Origin: Basidiobolus meristosporus CBS 931.73
Lineage: Eukaryota > Fungi > Basidiobolomycota
Reading direction: 5' to 3'
Assembly (NCBI GenBank): GCA_002104905.1
Contig: MCFE01000314.1
Span: 1 to 64,000 of the forward strand
DNA length: 64,000 nt
Shown here: in pieces, positions 46,071 through 59,099 of the stretch
Numbering within the stretch: the first letter of the stretch is position 1
How the letters are laid out: every line of letters begins with the position of its first letter
Program-made: the position numbers and the translations under genes
The notes under the pieces: model-generated
Databases searched by the model: none
What the model saw: the letters and a program-made list of their open reading frames with translations, nothing else
What the model was told of the DNA's origin: nothing

Positions 46071-49000
46071 TCAACGGGGAGCTTTGGGCATCTTTCGCTT
46101 CGTGTCCTCCTCAATGTCCTTCGCTTTGTAGTAATGTGGCGCCAATTCCAACAACCATTCAGGCTTGATCTCTGTCACCTGTCTCATAAACTCCCGGGTG
46201 GTAAACACCAGTTCGAAGTACATCACCCATTTTGGTCTTTCCTCGAATAATCCACTGCTAGGATGAATGTTGACAGTTTGATTGTGCTTGGCGGTGCGGT
46301 AAGCATCGCCGGAGCGTTGCAGCCGGGCGGCGTTGCAGAAAAACCCTGCCGTGAGTGCCTTCTTAATGGGAGTGGTGTCGGACGAGTTGGGGTTCGAAAC
46401 AGGGACAATCTCGATTCTCTCAACCAGCCCAATCAGCTGATCACGAACATCTCGAGCTTTTGTCATGGATCGATACTGAATGAAGTTTTCGTAGCACCAC
46501 TGCATGGAAAAGTTGGTTTCTACCCATTGATTCCAGACGTTAAGTAATGTGAGGTGATCGCCTTCGGGATGGGTGAGGTTTTGGCGTGCTTTGTCTGCGT
46601 GGAACTTCTTGTCTTTTGGTCGATAGAACACCGAGTTTTGAACAGTCAACATGGCACAAATGGACAATATCTCTTCGGAGCAATTGAAGTCCTCTGAGGC
46701 AACGATGGTCTTTGCCAGCATTGGATCAGTTGGTAACTCGGCCATTCTTCTACCAAGCTTCGTCAGTTCGCCACGGTCGTTTAGAGCACCTAGCGCATAA
46801 AGCTGTTCCAGAGCACGGATTAATGTCTCCGCGGGTGGGGGATCCATGAAGTCAAATTCAATAAGATCATTAATACCCAAACTCTTGAGCAGTAAAACGG
46901 TGTTTCCTAGGTTGGATCGTTGGATTTCTGGAATGGTGTTCATCTCCATCTCGTTGAAATATGACCACTGAGTGTAGAGACGGAAGCATTTCCCTGCTCC
47001 GACTCGCCCAGCTCTTCCAGCTCTTTGATCCGCTGAAGCTCTGGAGCATGGTGAGACAACGAGCGACTCCATGCCATTTCTTGGATTATAGCATTTTTGT
47101 TTAGCAAATCCAGGGTCAATTACATACACAATCCCGTCAACGGTGATCGAGGTCTCAGCAATATTAGTTGCCAGGATGACTTTGCGGGCACCTTCAGGTG
47201 TGGGCTCGAAGATCTTCCCTTGCATTTCGGATGGCAGAGATGAGTAGATAGGGCAGATGATGAGTTCTTTGATTTTGCTTCCCAAGACACGACACGTTTG
47301 CTGGAGGCTCTCGTGAGCGCTCTCGATCTCTTCTTGACCCGTGAGAAATACAAGGATATCTCCTTTGCCTTGAGTAACGTGGATTTGCATGATAGTAGTG
47401 ATGGCGGCCTGCAAATAATTGGCTTCGGGAGCCTTGGTATAATACACCTCAACAGGAAAGGGACGGCCAGGAATCATGAAAATGGGAGCATTGTCAAAGT
47501 ACTCCGAGAACTTCTGTGCGTCCATGGTAGCGCTGGAAATGAGAAGCTTTAAATCGGGCCGATATCTAGCAATATCCTTCACCAATCCGAATAAGATGTC
47601 AGTATGAAGCGTTCTCTCGTGGGCTTCATCGATAATGAGTGCACTATAGCTGGACAAATCTGGTTCGGTCAGGAACTCACGGAGTAGCATACCGTCTGTC
47701 ATATATTTCATAACAGTTTTATCGGAAGTGCAGTCTTCAAAACGAATTGAATAACCAACTTCGTAGCCGAGTTTGACTCCCATTTCTTCTGCTACACGAG
47801 CAGCAACACTCATAGCCGCTACTCTTCTAGGCTGCGTACAGCCGACTTTCTTGCCACCTTTGGTGTACCCTTCTTCATAGAGATACTGCGGAAGCTGTGT
47901 AGTTTTTCCAGATCCAGTTTCTCCAACGATGATGAGTACTTGATGCTCAGCAATTGCGTCAACAAGCTGCTGTCTATAACTATAGATGGGAAGCGATTTC
48001 CGGACCTCTTTGATAGACATCTGCTTTCGTTCCCACTCACTTATCTTCTCTCCCTCTTCTTCTTGTGCCTTCTCGTTGAGGGTTGACTGTAGGATGAAAT
48101 CAATCTGTTGCTCATCAAACACATAGTCATAATCGTCTTGCTCGTCGTGCCGGGGTCGATCCTTGGCGCCAACTTTAAGTTGGGATTTGTTGATTTGACT
48201 CATCTCCCATTGATCCTGCTCAGAAACGAATTTTTGATTTTGGTCTTCTTCGTAGCGTTTGTAAAGCACCTCCTCTTTCTTCTTTCGATCTATTTTCCCC
48301 TTTTCAGTTATGTAGTCTTCGGGCATAACATATCCGTCAACCTTGTCATCAATCTTCAGACGCTCTTCAGCAAGCCTTAATACCTCTTTGTTGTATTCGT
48401 GGGCTTCAATTTCTTTCTTGGTTAGTTTTTCATCTCTGAATAGAACTTCTTCATCTTCGATTTTCCTTCTTAAGAGCTCCAATCGTTGTTCTTCGCGTAG
48501 CTTCAAGTACTGTTGACGGGAGCGCTCACGAATATTAGGGAGAGCGGATTTTCTGGCTTCCGGATCGTCGGCGAGATTGCGGCGCTTTGCTGCCTCGGCT
48601 TCATTTTTACCAGATCTATCTTCAATCAACTTTTTGGTTTTCTCGAGATCCTTATTCTTCAGTCTTTCGGCAAACTCATCTCGTTCCTTAAGATCTTGCA
48701 TTCTCTGTTCTTCTGCATTTTGGAATTCCGTTTCAGGATCAACGGAAGAATCCTCTGTTGGTTGGTATCTGTTGATTTGCTCTTCGTCGCTATCCCATTG
48801 ACCGTCATCTTCCCGCTTTCTGAGTTGCTTTCCTTTATTCTTTTTGGAAGAAATGTTGACATCAATCAATGTTGTGTCTTCGGAGATGACACCGACTTTC
48901 GGGAGACTAGTTTTCGAGACTTTGCTGGAACGCGGCTCTTCAGCTCTTTCTACTTTTCTCTTTGAGCTTGGCGCTTGATGGGGAACGCGTGAATATAACT

Positions 49001-49178
49001 CAGAAGCAAAGTTTTTCGCTGCATCGCTTGCGGAAAATCCTTCGTTTTTCAAGGTACTATAGAGTTGCTCTGGGCTGCTGGATTTTTTAGCTGAGCTAAT
49101 TAGATACTCCACTACCTCCTTGGAAGATAGGCCAAGAAATTTGAATACATTATCCGACACCCAGCTCTTAAGATCCAT
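46071..49178 (-). CDS. DHX16: DEAH-box pre-mRNA splicing helicase, Prp2/Cdc28/DHX16 type (1035 aa, intronless)
   Basis: GETGSGKT, DEAH, SAT, TNIAETS, QRAGRAGR; the long N-terminus with DLKERDEFAERL...RQQYLKLRE is typical of DHX16. Confidence 0.93.
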   Translation of the reverse strand: MDLKSWVSDNVFKFLGLSSKEVVEYLISSAKKSSSPEQLYSTLKNEGFSASDAAKNFASELYSRVPHQAPSSKRKVERAEEPRSSKVSKTSLPKVGVISEDTTLIDVNISSKKNKGKQLRKREDDGQWDSDEEQINRYQPTEDSSVDPETEFQNAEEQRMQDLKERDEFAERLKNKDLEKTKKLIEDRSGKNEAEAAKRRNLADDPEARKSALPNIRERSRQQYLKLREEQRLELLRRKIEDEEVLFRDEKLTKKEIEAHEYNKEVLRLAEERLKIDDKVDGYVMPEDYITEKGKIDRKKKEEVLYKRYEEDQNQKFVSEQDQWEMSQINKSQLKVGAKDRPRHDEQDDYDYVFDEQQIDFILQSTLNEKAQEEEGEKISEWERKQMSIKEVRKSLPIYSYRQQLVDAIAEHQVLIIVGETGSGKTTQLPQYLYEEGYTKGGKKVGCTQPRRVAAMSVAARVAEEMGVKLGYEVGYSIRFEDCTSDKTVMKYMTDGMLLREFLTEPDLSSYSALIIDEAHERTLHTDILFGLVKDIARYRPDLKLLISSATMDAQKFSEYFDNAPIFMIPGRPFPVEVYYTKAPEANYLQAAITTIMQIHVTQGKGDILVFLTGQEEIESAHESLQQTCRVLGSKIKELIICPIYSSLPSEMQGKIFEPTPEGARKVILATNIAETSITVDGIVYVIDPGFAKQKCYNPRNGMESLVVSPCSRASADQRAGRAGRVGAGKCFRLYTQWSYFNEMEMNTIPEIQRSNLGNTVLLLKSLGINDLIEFDFMDPPPAETLIRALEQLYALGALNDRGELTKLGRRMAELPTDPMLAKTIVASEDFNCSEEILSICAMLTVQNSVFYRPKDKKFHADKARQNLTHPEGDHLTLLNVWNQWVETNFSMQWCYENFIQYRSMTKARDVRDQLIGLVERIEIVPVSNPNSSDTTPIKKALTAGFFCNAARLQRSGDAYRTAKHNQTVNIHPSSGLFEERPKWVMYFELVFTTREFMRQVTEIKPEWLLELAPHYYKAKDIEEDTKRKMPKAPR

Positions 49179-49521
49179 GATTCTTGGAGTCGTGAAATCC
49201 ACTATTCACCTTTGTCTGTGAAGACCTCAATTGTATCCTAACTATTGCGGAAAAATTAGCATTCATCACGTGAAGCATTCATTCCGTAGCGCTGATCGAT
49301 CACGACCAATCAATGACTAATTTGATTGATTGTGACTTTACGCAGTCCTACAAATCAGATGTTTTATTTCATCATGAAGTGTTCGTCATCTCCCAAATTA
49401 CTCGACATTTATGCAGAAAAAAAATCAGAATAAATACATTAATAACATCCGTAACTAAACAGATGCTGAAAGTATTTTGAGGCACTTCGTGTCTTCTGGA
49501 TGAATACCCCCTCTTTTTTAC

Positions 49522-52500
49522 ATGCCATCCGATAAAAGCAGCCGGTCCACGAAGTCGACCCACTCAACAAGGACCAGCGTTGGCAGAACCAACAGAGCGA
49601 ATATCAACAAGAATACAACAGGACAAAACAACTCCTCGAGTCTTACTCGACCCTTTGAAGCCAGCCTTGATTCCGATTCTTATCCTTCGCCAAAGAGGCA
49701 ACGTACAATAGCAGAAATGTTTACTACAAACGGACAAACCTCCACTGGAAAAGCTCGTGAAGAAAACCCAAAGTTGACTGTCCAGTCCAGTCAGCAGTCA
49801 TATCACTCGTCTAATGGTTCCACGTCTGCTGGAGGCTTTGGGTTCTCGATACCTAGTGGTTCTTCAGGTTTCAACACTAATAAAGAGAATATAACCTCCT
49901 CCAAACATGACCAAACGTTCGGGAAGAACCTCAGTCAGAACGGTTCGTTTAACTCTTCGAATAACTCCCGGATTGGCTTGGGCAAAACCCCAGTTAAGAA
50001 ACTAGTCATCAAAAGCTTCAAAGGTCTAGTTGTTTATACAAGTGCTTCGGATATAGTATCATAGGACCTTTTTTACTAATACTACCTTATTTAGTCAAAC
50101 CCAAGCTTCCTGAAAATTACGAATCAGACACCTGGGAGAAGCTTAAAGGAGCTGTCAAAGCTGTACATGAAAGCCAGCCGGTTCCTGATAGTCTGGAAGA
50201 GCTTTATAAAGTCTGTGATGGTATTTTCCTTCGAACCATTCCGTTTTCTCATATTAATGAGCCTCATTTAGGCTTGTGAAAATCTATGCCATCATAAAAT
50301 GGCGAATTCATTATATCGAAAGCTTAAAGCGGAATGTGAATCGCATGTCGTAGAGGAGCTGGGAAAACTCAAAAAGTACAGTACCTTGCTCATTATAACC
50401 GCCTTTGCACTCTTGTTCTGAGCATGTTTCTGAACAATTAATAGTAATATCACCACGAATGAGATCTTTCTAGCTGCTGTCGACAATTGCTGGAAAAACC
50501 ATTGTCGTCAAATGGTAAATAGTCCTCCACAATCTTTTGCGAACTGAGTTAACATGCCATATCAAGATCATGATTAGAAGTATATTTTTATACCTTGACC
50601 GGACCTATGTGTTACAGACCTCCGGTCTCTCTTCCCTCTGGTAGGCAACCTGGGATTACAGTATCCAACAACATGAGGCTAACCACGTCACGAACGAACA
50701 GGGATATGGGGTTGGATCTGTATAGGGACTACGTTATGGAGTCTAAAGAAATCCGCAAAAAAACACTCGATGGACTACTTGGTTTAATAGAAAAGGAAAG
50801 ATCTGGAGAATCAATCAATCGGGCTATCCTCAAATCGCTGTTGAGGATGTTCATTGACCTAGGAATTTACTTCAGCGGCTTCGAAAGCGCATTCCTGGAA
50901 TCTACGGAGCTATTCTACCGCAAAGAGAGTGACACCCGAGCCCACGGATTGGAGGTATCGAGCTATCTTCTCTATGTTGAGCAGAAATTACAAGAGGAGA
51001 AAGATCGGACTCTTCATTATTTGGACAAAGAAACAAGGAAGCCTCTCATTGAGTTAATCGAAAGGGAGTTGATTGCAAGGCCTGTATCCTTGCTTCTTGA
51101 AAAAGGATTTGATGGCTTGGTTGCAAATGACCAAAAAGAGGATCTTTCGCGCTTGTATTCGCTTCTCGCTAGAGTCGGCCATCTAAACCAACTGAAAACT
51201 TTCTTTGGCGTTTACGTCAAGAAAGCAGGACTTGAGATCGTGACCGATGTCAGTAGAGACAACACTATGGTGCAAGACCTGCTAAATTTCAAGCTCAAAT
51301 TGGATGGGATCCTTGCGACCAGTTTCCAGCAAAACGAAAGCTTCTTCAACACTTTGAAGGAAAGCTTTGAGTCGTTCATTAATGTTAGACAGAACAAGCC
51401 AGCCGAAATGATCGCCAAATTTGTCGACTCGAAACTCCGCACTGGAAACAAAACTGCCACGGACGAGGAGCTTGAGAGCATTTTGGACAACGTTCTTATC
51501 TTGTTTAGATTTATCCAGGGCAAGGACGTATTTGAAGCGTTCTATAAACGTGATTTAGCCAAACGTTTGTTGCTCAACAAGAGTGCCTCTTTCGATGCTG
51601 AGAAGTCAATGCTATCAAAACTCAAGACCGAGTGTGGGGCTAGTTTTACTAGTAAATTGGAAGGAATGTTTAAAGACATGGACGTATCTCGAGACATTAT
51701 GATTTCCTTCCGTCAGACTCAGAAATACCAAGAGTTGTGCAAAGATATCGAACTCAACGTATCGGTTCTTACCCAAGGATACTGGCCAACTTACACCCCG
51801 ACTGAGATCACTCTGCCAGAGCAAGTAAGTCAGATTGCTGGTATATTTTGCCCTAGGCACCACACCTCAACCATTCATCCAACTACAGATGACCGAATAT
51901 CAAGAGGTGTTCAAGGCATTCTACCTGAGTAAGCATCATGGCCGTCGTTTGATGTGGCAACATTCATTAGGTCATTGTGTTCTTAAGGCATACTTCCCCA
52001 AGGTGATTCTTATATGCATTGACCATGACGTTGGCCAAACGCTAATCTGCTTCATTCGATGATAAGGGGAAGAAAGAGCTTGCAGTATCGCTATACCAGG
52101 CTATGGTTCTGCTATTGTTCAATAGTATGGAAATCGACGCTAAACTAAGCTACAAGGAAATTTCTGCAGCGACTAATATAGGTTTGTCCTAAGATGATGT
52201 AGCGAATTTGCTCAGTCTGGCTAATCATGCAATGCTTGATCTAGAGCTGAAGGAGCTTGAACGCACTCTGCAATCCTTGGCCTGCGGGAAAGTTCGAGTA
52301 TTGACCAAGTATCCCAAAGGGCGAGAGATCGCTGAAACCGACAGTTTCTCCTTCAACAAGGACTTCACTGCCCCGCTTTTCAGAATCAAAGTTAACGCTA
52401 TTCAAATGAAAGAGACGGTAACATGGCTTTTGATCTGATTACGGGCTGAACCTCAAGTTAAAACCCTTCCCATTGTCAGGTTGAGGAGAACACCAACACC

Positions 52501-52783
52501 ACCGAGAGAGTATTCCAAGACCGCCAGTATCAGGTAGATGCGGCCATTGTTAGAATCATGAAGACACGGAAGCAGCTAAGCCACACCCTGCTCATGAACG
52601 AGCTTTTTGAACAACTCCGGTTCCCAGTGAAGGTATGTGTAGCGCGCTGGACATTGATTCGATGTATGCTAATCTCATCCAATGCAGGCCTCTGATCTCA
52701 AGAAACGAATAGAATCATTGATTGATCGGGAGTATTTAGAGCGAGACAAAACCGATACGAGTGTATATAACTATCTGGCCTAA
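49522..52783 (+). CDS. CUL4: Cullin-4 (multi-exon)
   Basis: [65 protein letters not shown], neddylation domain [14 protein letters not shown] end. Confidence 0.93.
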
Positions 52784-53280
52784 CTTGACCATGGAAGCCA
52801 GGGCCTAAATAGCTTTGGGACCTTTCCACCCTTCATTGTAACTAATGGCAATAAGGACTGATCTCCAAGCCTGACTTGATTGACTAGCCACCATAGACTC
52901 TCCACTTTTGCCACTGAATATCGTCACCTCCTGTCCCCTTTATCATGATTCTTCTATCCCTTCATATGATTTGTGTGTCGAGTCATGAACCACTGTAGCG
53001 AACGAAGACTATGATAAATGCACAGTCCAATGATGCGTCATCAATAAGAAATATGCCCGTCACAAATCATTGCTCTGATCGAGACCATGGTCGTAATCTT
53101 TCAATCTATTAGTAATGGAAGGGGTCCATCATTTGACAAACTCACTGGCGCTGCGGATTCAATCCAGATTACACAATCGCGATTGATAACGTTCTATTGT
53201 GTGAGCCCATTTTTTTGGTTATTTTCGAACACATATACCGGCTACCCTCCAAAGCTTGAAAATCCATATCCTCGCGAGAT

Positions 53281-55057
53281 ATGAACAAAGCGCCTCATTT
53301 ACGTATTAAGCTTTCCCACAGAGGGGAGACCAATCTAGTTTTCGTTCAAGGTATTCCTCTAGCCTATTCCCTTATTTTTGAAGCCCATTTTGCGGGAAAC
53401 ATTGACTTCTAATTTTTACACCGGATCACTTCATATAAATGCACATTGTTTGACCTTTTTACTTGCAACGTTTTTATCTAGAAGAGAATCTTAGCTTCGA
53501 TCTTCTTGTGACACAGTTCCAGAAGGAGTATCCTGATTTTCAATTGAGTGATTACAGATTGCTATGGAAAGATATTGAAGGAGACTGGGTTTCAATAGCC
53601 GGTAACCTATCCAGCGCCCAGTTAGTTACGACATACTTATTAACAATGTTGTGATCCTAAAGAGGGCAACGATGCTTGGAAATATTTGAAAGAAACTGTC
53701 AAGCAAGGGCATCCAAGAATCCACGTCAAATCCCGAATTTCGGATGAAGTATAGCTTCACAGTCATGTTGTCTCTACACAGAATCGTTTTCGCTAACGTC
53801 GGAGGGGGGGTTTCTTTGTAGAATTCGACGCCGGAGAACTGCGCCAAAAACCGCACCTGTGTTTCCAGCTTGATAAACAGATACTCCAAAGTCACCACCT
53901 CAATAAGTGAACTGAAGTCCTACTTGGTCGAGCTTGAGATAGTTACCACCATCGTAATAGTGACCAAACCCACGCCAGAGCTAGTAAAGCACACCAAACT
54001 GGTGGCGGTTTGGCTTTTGGAGAAGTACAAGAACCTAACCGTTTATGTGGGAGACACTTTCAAACAAAATCCAGCCTTCAGCTATGAGACTCTCTCTGCA
54101 GAAAGCCCCACCATCGTGGACAGATTGAAATTCTGGTCGCGGCAGGACTTCCCAGAATGTGTGGACTTGGCCGTCACCCTCGGTGGTGACGGGACAGTAC
54201 TTTATACCTCCCTGCTATTCCAGAGGAAGGTGCCACCTATCCTCTCGTTCCACCTGGGATCGTTGGGATTCCTGACCGTCTTCAACTTTGGACAATTCCA
54301 AGAGACTCTTGGCCATATCATTGATAGTCAGTCGATTCACGCAAACCTTCGAATGAGAATCAAATGCACCGTATACAAGCGAATCACCAACTGTGTGTCG
54401 GACATAGAGAATCTGACGGATCCCAGCAGTGAGCCAAGCATATGCAACCTCTGCCTTGACGACCCGGTGGGTGAGAACTCATGCTCGCTGTCGAAGTGTG
54501 GAGTGCATCATGTGTTGAACGAGTTGGTGGTGGACCGTGGGGCGAACCCCAACATGGTGATGTTGGAACTGTTTGTCGACAATACACATTTGACAACCAT
54601 CCTAGCGGATGGACTGGTCATTGCCACTGCAACCGGATCCACCGCCTACTCATTGTCTGCTGGAGGCTCGCTCATCCATCCGGAAATGTGTGCCATCCTG
54701 GTGACTCAGATCTGCCCACACACCCTGACCTGTCGACCGATGGTGATTCCTGGATATAAAGAGCTCAGGATATGTGTGCCACCCCAAGCAAGAAGCACAG
54801 CATGGGTAAGTTCCACTCCCGACGATTTGCTCACCATCCAATACTAACCCCGCCAATAGGCCTCGTTTGATGGACATCACCGGGTGGAGCTGAATCGTGG
54901 GGACTCGATCACCATCACCGCCTCTAACTACCCGCTACCATCGATCTGCAAAGATGACCAGTCAATAGATTGGTTCAACGGATTACGTAAGGTGTTGAAC
55001 TGGAATGAAAGACAGCGTCAAAAACCGTTTCACTCCGACTCATGGGACATCGAATAA
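53281..55057 (+). CDS. PB1 domain + ATP-NAD(H) kinase fusion (5-exon model)
   Basis: N-terminal RIKLSHRGE...LSFDLLVTQF...YRLLWKDIEGDWVSI (PB1 with OPCA motif) splices in frame to NAD kinase motifs LGGDGT, VLNE, TGSTAYSLSAGG and LNWNER. Confidence 0.8.
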
Positions 55058-55320
55058 ACCTCCTCTTTGATCATTTCCACAGTAGAGCTTTCGCTTTGAA
55101 TGGGTTCTTTTATTGTTGAATGGTCTCGGGCGCCTCAAGAGACGCTCTCGAAAGTGGAGGAGTGAGAATGCATGCTTGTCCCTGAGGCTGGACATAGTAT
55201 TCAACAGCATTGATCGGAATTAGAAAAGGAATTTCGAAATTATGAATACAGAGGGTCAACACGAGACAAGCATCGTGTTAGGGTAAATAAGAAGTGAATG
55301 CTACATCTAGGCAAAAGGGT

Positions 55321-56870
55321 TTAAAGGGAGGTTTCGGACCGGAAGGCATTGGTGTTGTCCTGGAAGTTGGCGATATTCTGGGAGCATTCCCGCTTGATGT
55401 TCTCCGCCTTGGGCGTGTCCCATTCACCACGAGACAAGAAGTTTCTAAAATAGCGGAAACACGCCTCCTCCCGGAAATTCTTGTACACCTGCTTGTTGAA
55501 GTTGCGCTAGAGAAATGCGTTAGTCGCTGGAGGGGCTGTGCGTGATGGATTGTTTGCTCCTACCTCGATTCTGCGAGTGTTTTCAAGGTAATCATGATTT
55601 TGATGAATAATGAAATCCTGGGGCAAGACCCAGTAATCCACCCCCGAAAGATAGATTTCGTAGAGACACGCGGCTTTGTTTCCTCCGTATCCGATGAAGC
55701 GCTCGTTGCACCTGGTGATCCAAGTTAATACGTGGCCATGGAGAAGGTACCTGAAATTCCCCTTACCATGGGACTCCATCTTTCTTGACAATAACATAGG
55801 GCTCATAGCTGTAGTTGTAGTCGGTGACTTTGTATGGAGTAATGGCTTCATACCAACGGGTATAGTTGGTGGACCCATGTCCTCGGACCCAGCTTTTATG
55901 GAACATGGAGATTTTCCCTGCTCCCACCAAATCAACCAGGCTGGACTTCACTCGGGGAAAGACCTCGGCGTCACGTCCCTCATCCAGGACATCGTATTCG
56001 AATGCTGGCAAAACAATCGCCGCATTCCCCTCCCTCAGTCTGTTCATCAGCTCGGGGTGCTCTTGCAGGCTCTGGCGGAAATCAGTGCACAAATAAAAGT
56101 CGATGTCCAGGAGTAGGAAGTAATCGGTTCGGGTAAAGAACCGGGCCACATTTCTCCAATAATTGAACTGTCTCTCGTAGGTGTCGATGATCAGGTGGAC
56201 ATCTACATGCTTCTTCATGAGCGGATTGGAAGTGTACATCTCCTCCAACTTGTTGAGGATTTCCATTTTGTTTTTGTCGTCTGAGACGTGAAGTGCCACC
56301 GAGACAGGGCCTATACAAAGATGGTCAGTAGGTTGGAGCAAAATGGGCGTGTGTCGGAGGAACCTACCTTTGTAGTTGTTCACCAGCTTCTCAAAGACAT
56401 GGAAACGATCGGCGGTGATCAAAGTGGCGACAGTAATGTCTTCTTTAGGAGGAGCCGGCTCCATTCTGTAATAATAAGGCTTGAGGTTGGTGGGCTGCAT
56501 TGCTTCCGAAAACAGCTTGGAGTAGATGTATTCTTCGGGGAAAGGTATAGAAGAACCTAGAAACCTGGGTTAAACTCCGCGCGGCATGACAACCCCCTCC
56601 CAATACTACTCTACCTTTCTCACTCGTCAACAAGAAATTCTCAGTGTTGGTTTTGGGAGCAGGCTGAGCGGGCTTGCTAGGGTGCTCAACCTTCTCAGGG
56701 GTGTGATAGGGCGGCCTAGTCACTTGCGGGGCGTGGGTGGAAGTGGAAGTGGAAGGGGGCTGGGCATGAGGAGATGCGTAGAAAGAGTGGAATATGTAGA
56801 AGATGGAGAGCGCCAGGTAAGCCAGAAACAAGAATTTGAAGATGCGGGAGTAAGAAAACTCGACTCTCAT
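55321..56870 (-). CDS. Type II membrane glycosyltransferase family 49 (LARGE/B4GAT1-like)
   Basis: N-terminal TM, EDITVATLIT, GPVSVALH, NYWRNVARFF, LLLDIDF, PAFE, YEPYVI, FIGYGGNKAAC, FIIHQNH. Confidence 0.88.
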
Positions 56871-57720
56871 CCTATTCGAAGGTCAGAAGGAAACAAACGG
56901 GAAACTTGGGTAAAGAGCCACGAGAGTACGGAGAAGTCGACCAAAAAGCAGGTATAAAAGTACACGCGAGATAGACAAAAAAAGTTGGATCGAACGAGGG
57001 GTGCTAGCGGGTCAGCTAGATAAATGATGCGAGCAGATTGGTAGGCGGATGGTGTATATGAATTATTGGAAACGCACTGAAAAGGAAGCTGAATATTGTC
57101 ACTTAAGAGGAAGCTGAATATTAAAACCTTTCAAGTCACACCAAACGAATTCGTTGGTGATATATTAAGCTCTCGTGTCGTACAATGGGATATATGAGGA
57201 TCTGAGCCCACGAATCACGCCCAAATATTTATAGAATCTTGAGTAGAATCAACAATGAAAGATCGACCCCATTCTTTAGTGCTTGACATCATTTTTCTGT
57301 TCCAAGTCCTTCACCCTCGTATATATCCATTTTCGTCTGGATTTGCCCATATTTGCCCATATTTGCCCATATTGGCTCACGGTGGCCTTTCTGTCTGCTA
57401 GATTAATTTCGCTACGCCCTGATGACGGTGCTGGTATCTAGCTGACGTAAGGTCACGTGGACAAGGGCTGCCAGAATATAAAGTTGCATTAGAATACCAG
57501 GATTCGCATCAATGTTGCATAGATTAGGGGATCTGGATATTCGCCCTATTTAGGGGCATTTGTTAAGTTATATTGTGATGACATGAGTGCTTAAATCAAA
57601 CGATCGAAAGTTTGTCAGAGACGGTTACGACTGTTGTTTCTTTTTGTGACATATGAGTGACTATCAAAATCTTTCATCCTCTCCATCGTAAAACCCCAAC
57701 CGCAAGCAAGCGCCCCTTTT

Positions 57721-59002
57721 ATGTTCACATCTGTTCCAATGGACCGAACAGGGATAAGAAACAGATACTTCCTGAACTCCCCAGCCAACAGGTCGGCCCC
57801 CACTTCGCCATACCTGGAAAGAGACAAAGCCAAGTTTTTCAGCAGAGGATTTAGGTTGTCTGAGCTGGGAGAGAAAGAGACTGAAGCTGAGCACGAGCAC
57901 GAACCCCGAAGAGTTCTTGGTCCAAATCCCTCGCCTGACGTGGCTCAAACCTCCCGACATGGCAGAGCTAATCTCTCGGAGAACGAAGCCACTCGGTTCA
58001 CAGCCTCCGGGTATAGCTGGCCGATCCTCTTGGTCATACTCCCTCCAATAGTGTCCACCTTTTACGGGGACACCCAGACCTGGAGTGATATATTGCTGCT
58101 GGTGTTGGTGGGGTTCTATTTATTTTTAATCATCAAAGGTTAGTAGGCCAATTTTCCACCTTGAGAGACACCCACATATCCATGCCTGTCCCCTAGTGCC
58201 CTGGGAGCTCTATTTCGTAGCTCGGCAGAGAAGATTGAATATGGTCTCCCTGGCCGGCGTGGCAATGCAGCCGGGGAACGCGACACAGGAGACCCTGCGT
58301 ATCGAGGCCGAGAAGAAACTCCGGCGTCAGGAGAAGTTGGCATTCTCCATCGTAGTCATTTCTCCAATACTTGGTGGCTACCTACTGCTGATGTCGAGAA
58401 ACTATCTGTCGCAGTTCGACAAGTATTTCTCCCAACTGAATATCACCATCTTCATCCTCGCCGCCGGAATCAAACCAATCACCTTCCTTGCCGGGCTGCT
58501 GAAAAAGCGCGCCTTGATGCTGCAAGAGGAGATCCATTACCCCGTAGGCGAGATCGAGGGCCTCAGGAGACGAGTGGGGCTGCTGGAAAATGAGCTGAAC
58601 CAGCTAAGAAAAGCCTACGCAACGAAGCTAGAAGTGGGCCAGATACGAGACAGGGTGGAGCCCACGTTACTGCAAATCTCCACAGTGCTACAAAGATACG
58701 ACAGACGAGAGCAAAAGATCCGAGCCAGATGCGAAGAAAAACTGAGTCGGTTGGAGAGGAAGCTCAACGAGTTTGAGTTCGACGATATCTCCAACCAGAT
58801 CGTCAACCCTGTGCAAAGACCCCCACCCACCCTGCTGGGAATTCTTTCCACAAGTCTGTCTAGGTTCGTGTTCTTGCCGGTGAGTGTTGCTAGCAATTCG
58901 TTCGATCTGGTGGGGCGCTTTCTATCAAACACACTGGAGCTAATGTCGTCCAGCAATAAACCCACATCTCTGATTCAGAGTCGGGAGAGACACGCCGACT
59001 GA
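57721..59002 (+). CDS. Multi-TM hypothetical membrane protein with coiled-coil C-terminus
   Basis: Two exons joining LFLIIK to VPWELY; several hydrophobic segments, then heptad-rich sequence. Confidence 0.75.
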
Positions 59003-59099
59003 CTGATATGTACTTTGACGGGTTGTAACGGTCATTCTTTATTCCATGGGATGAGCCACAACCAACTCTTCTATGTAACAATAAACTTCTAAGGAACAT

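Noticed and set aside
57341-57370. ATTTGCCCAT x3 in the GT49/membrane-protein divergent promoter
   Set aside because: Perfect tandem slippage; no evidence of function.
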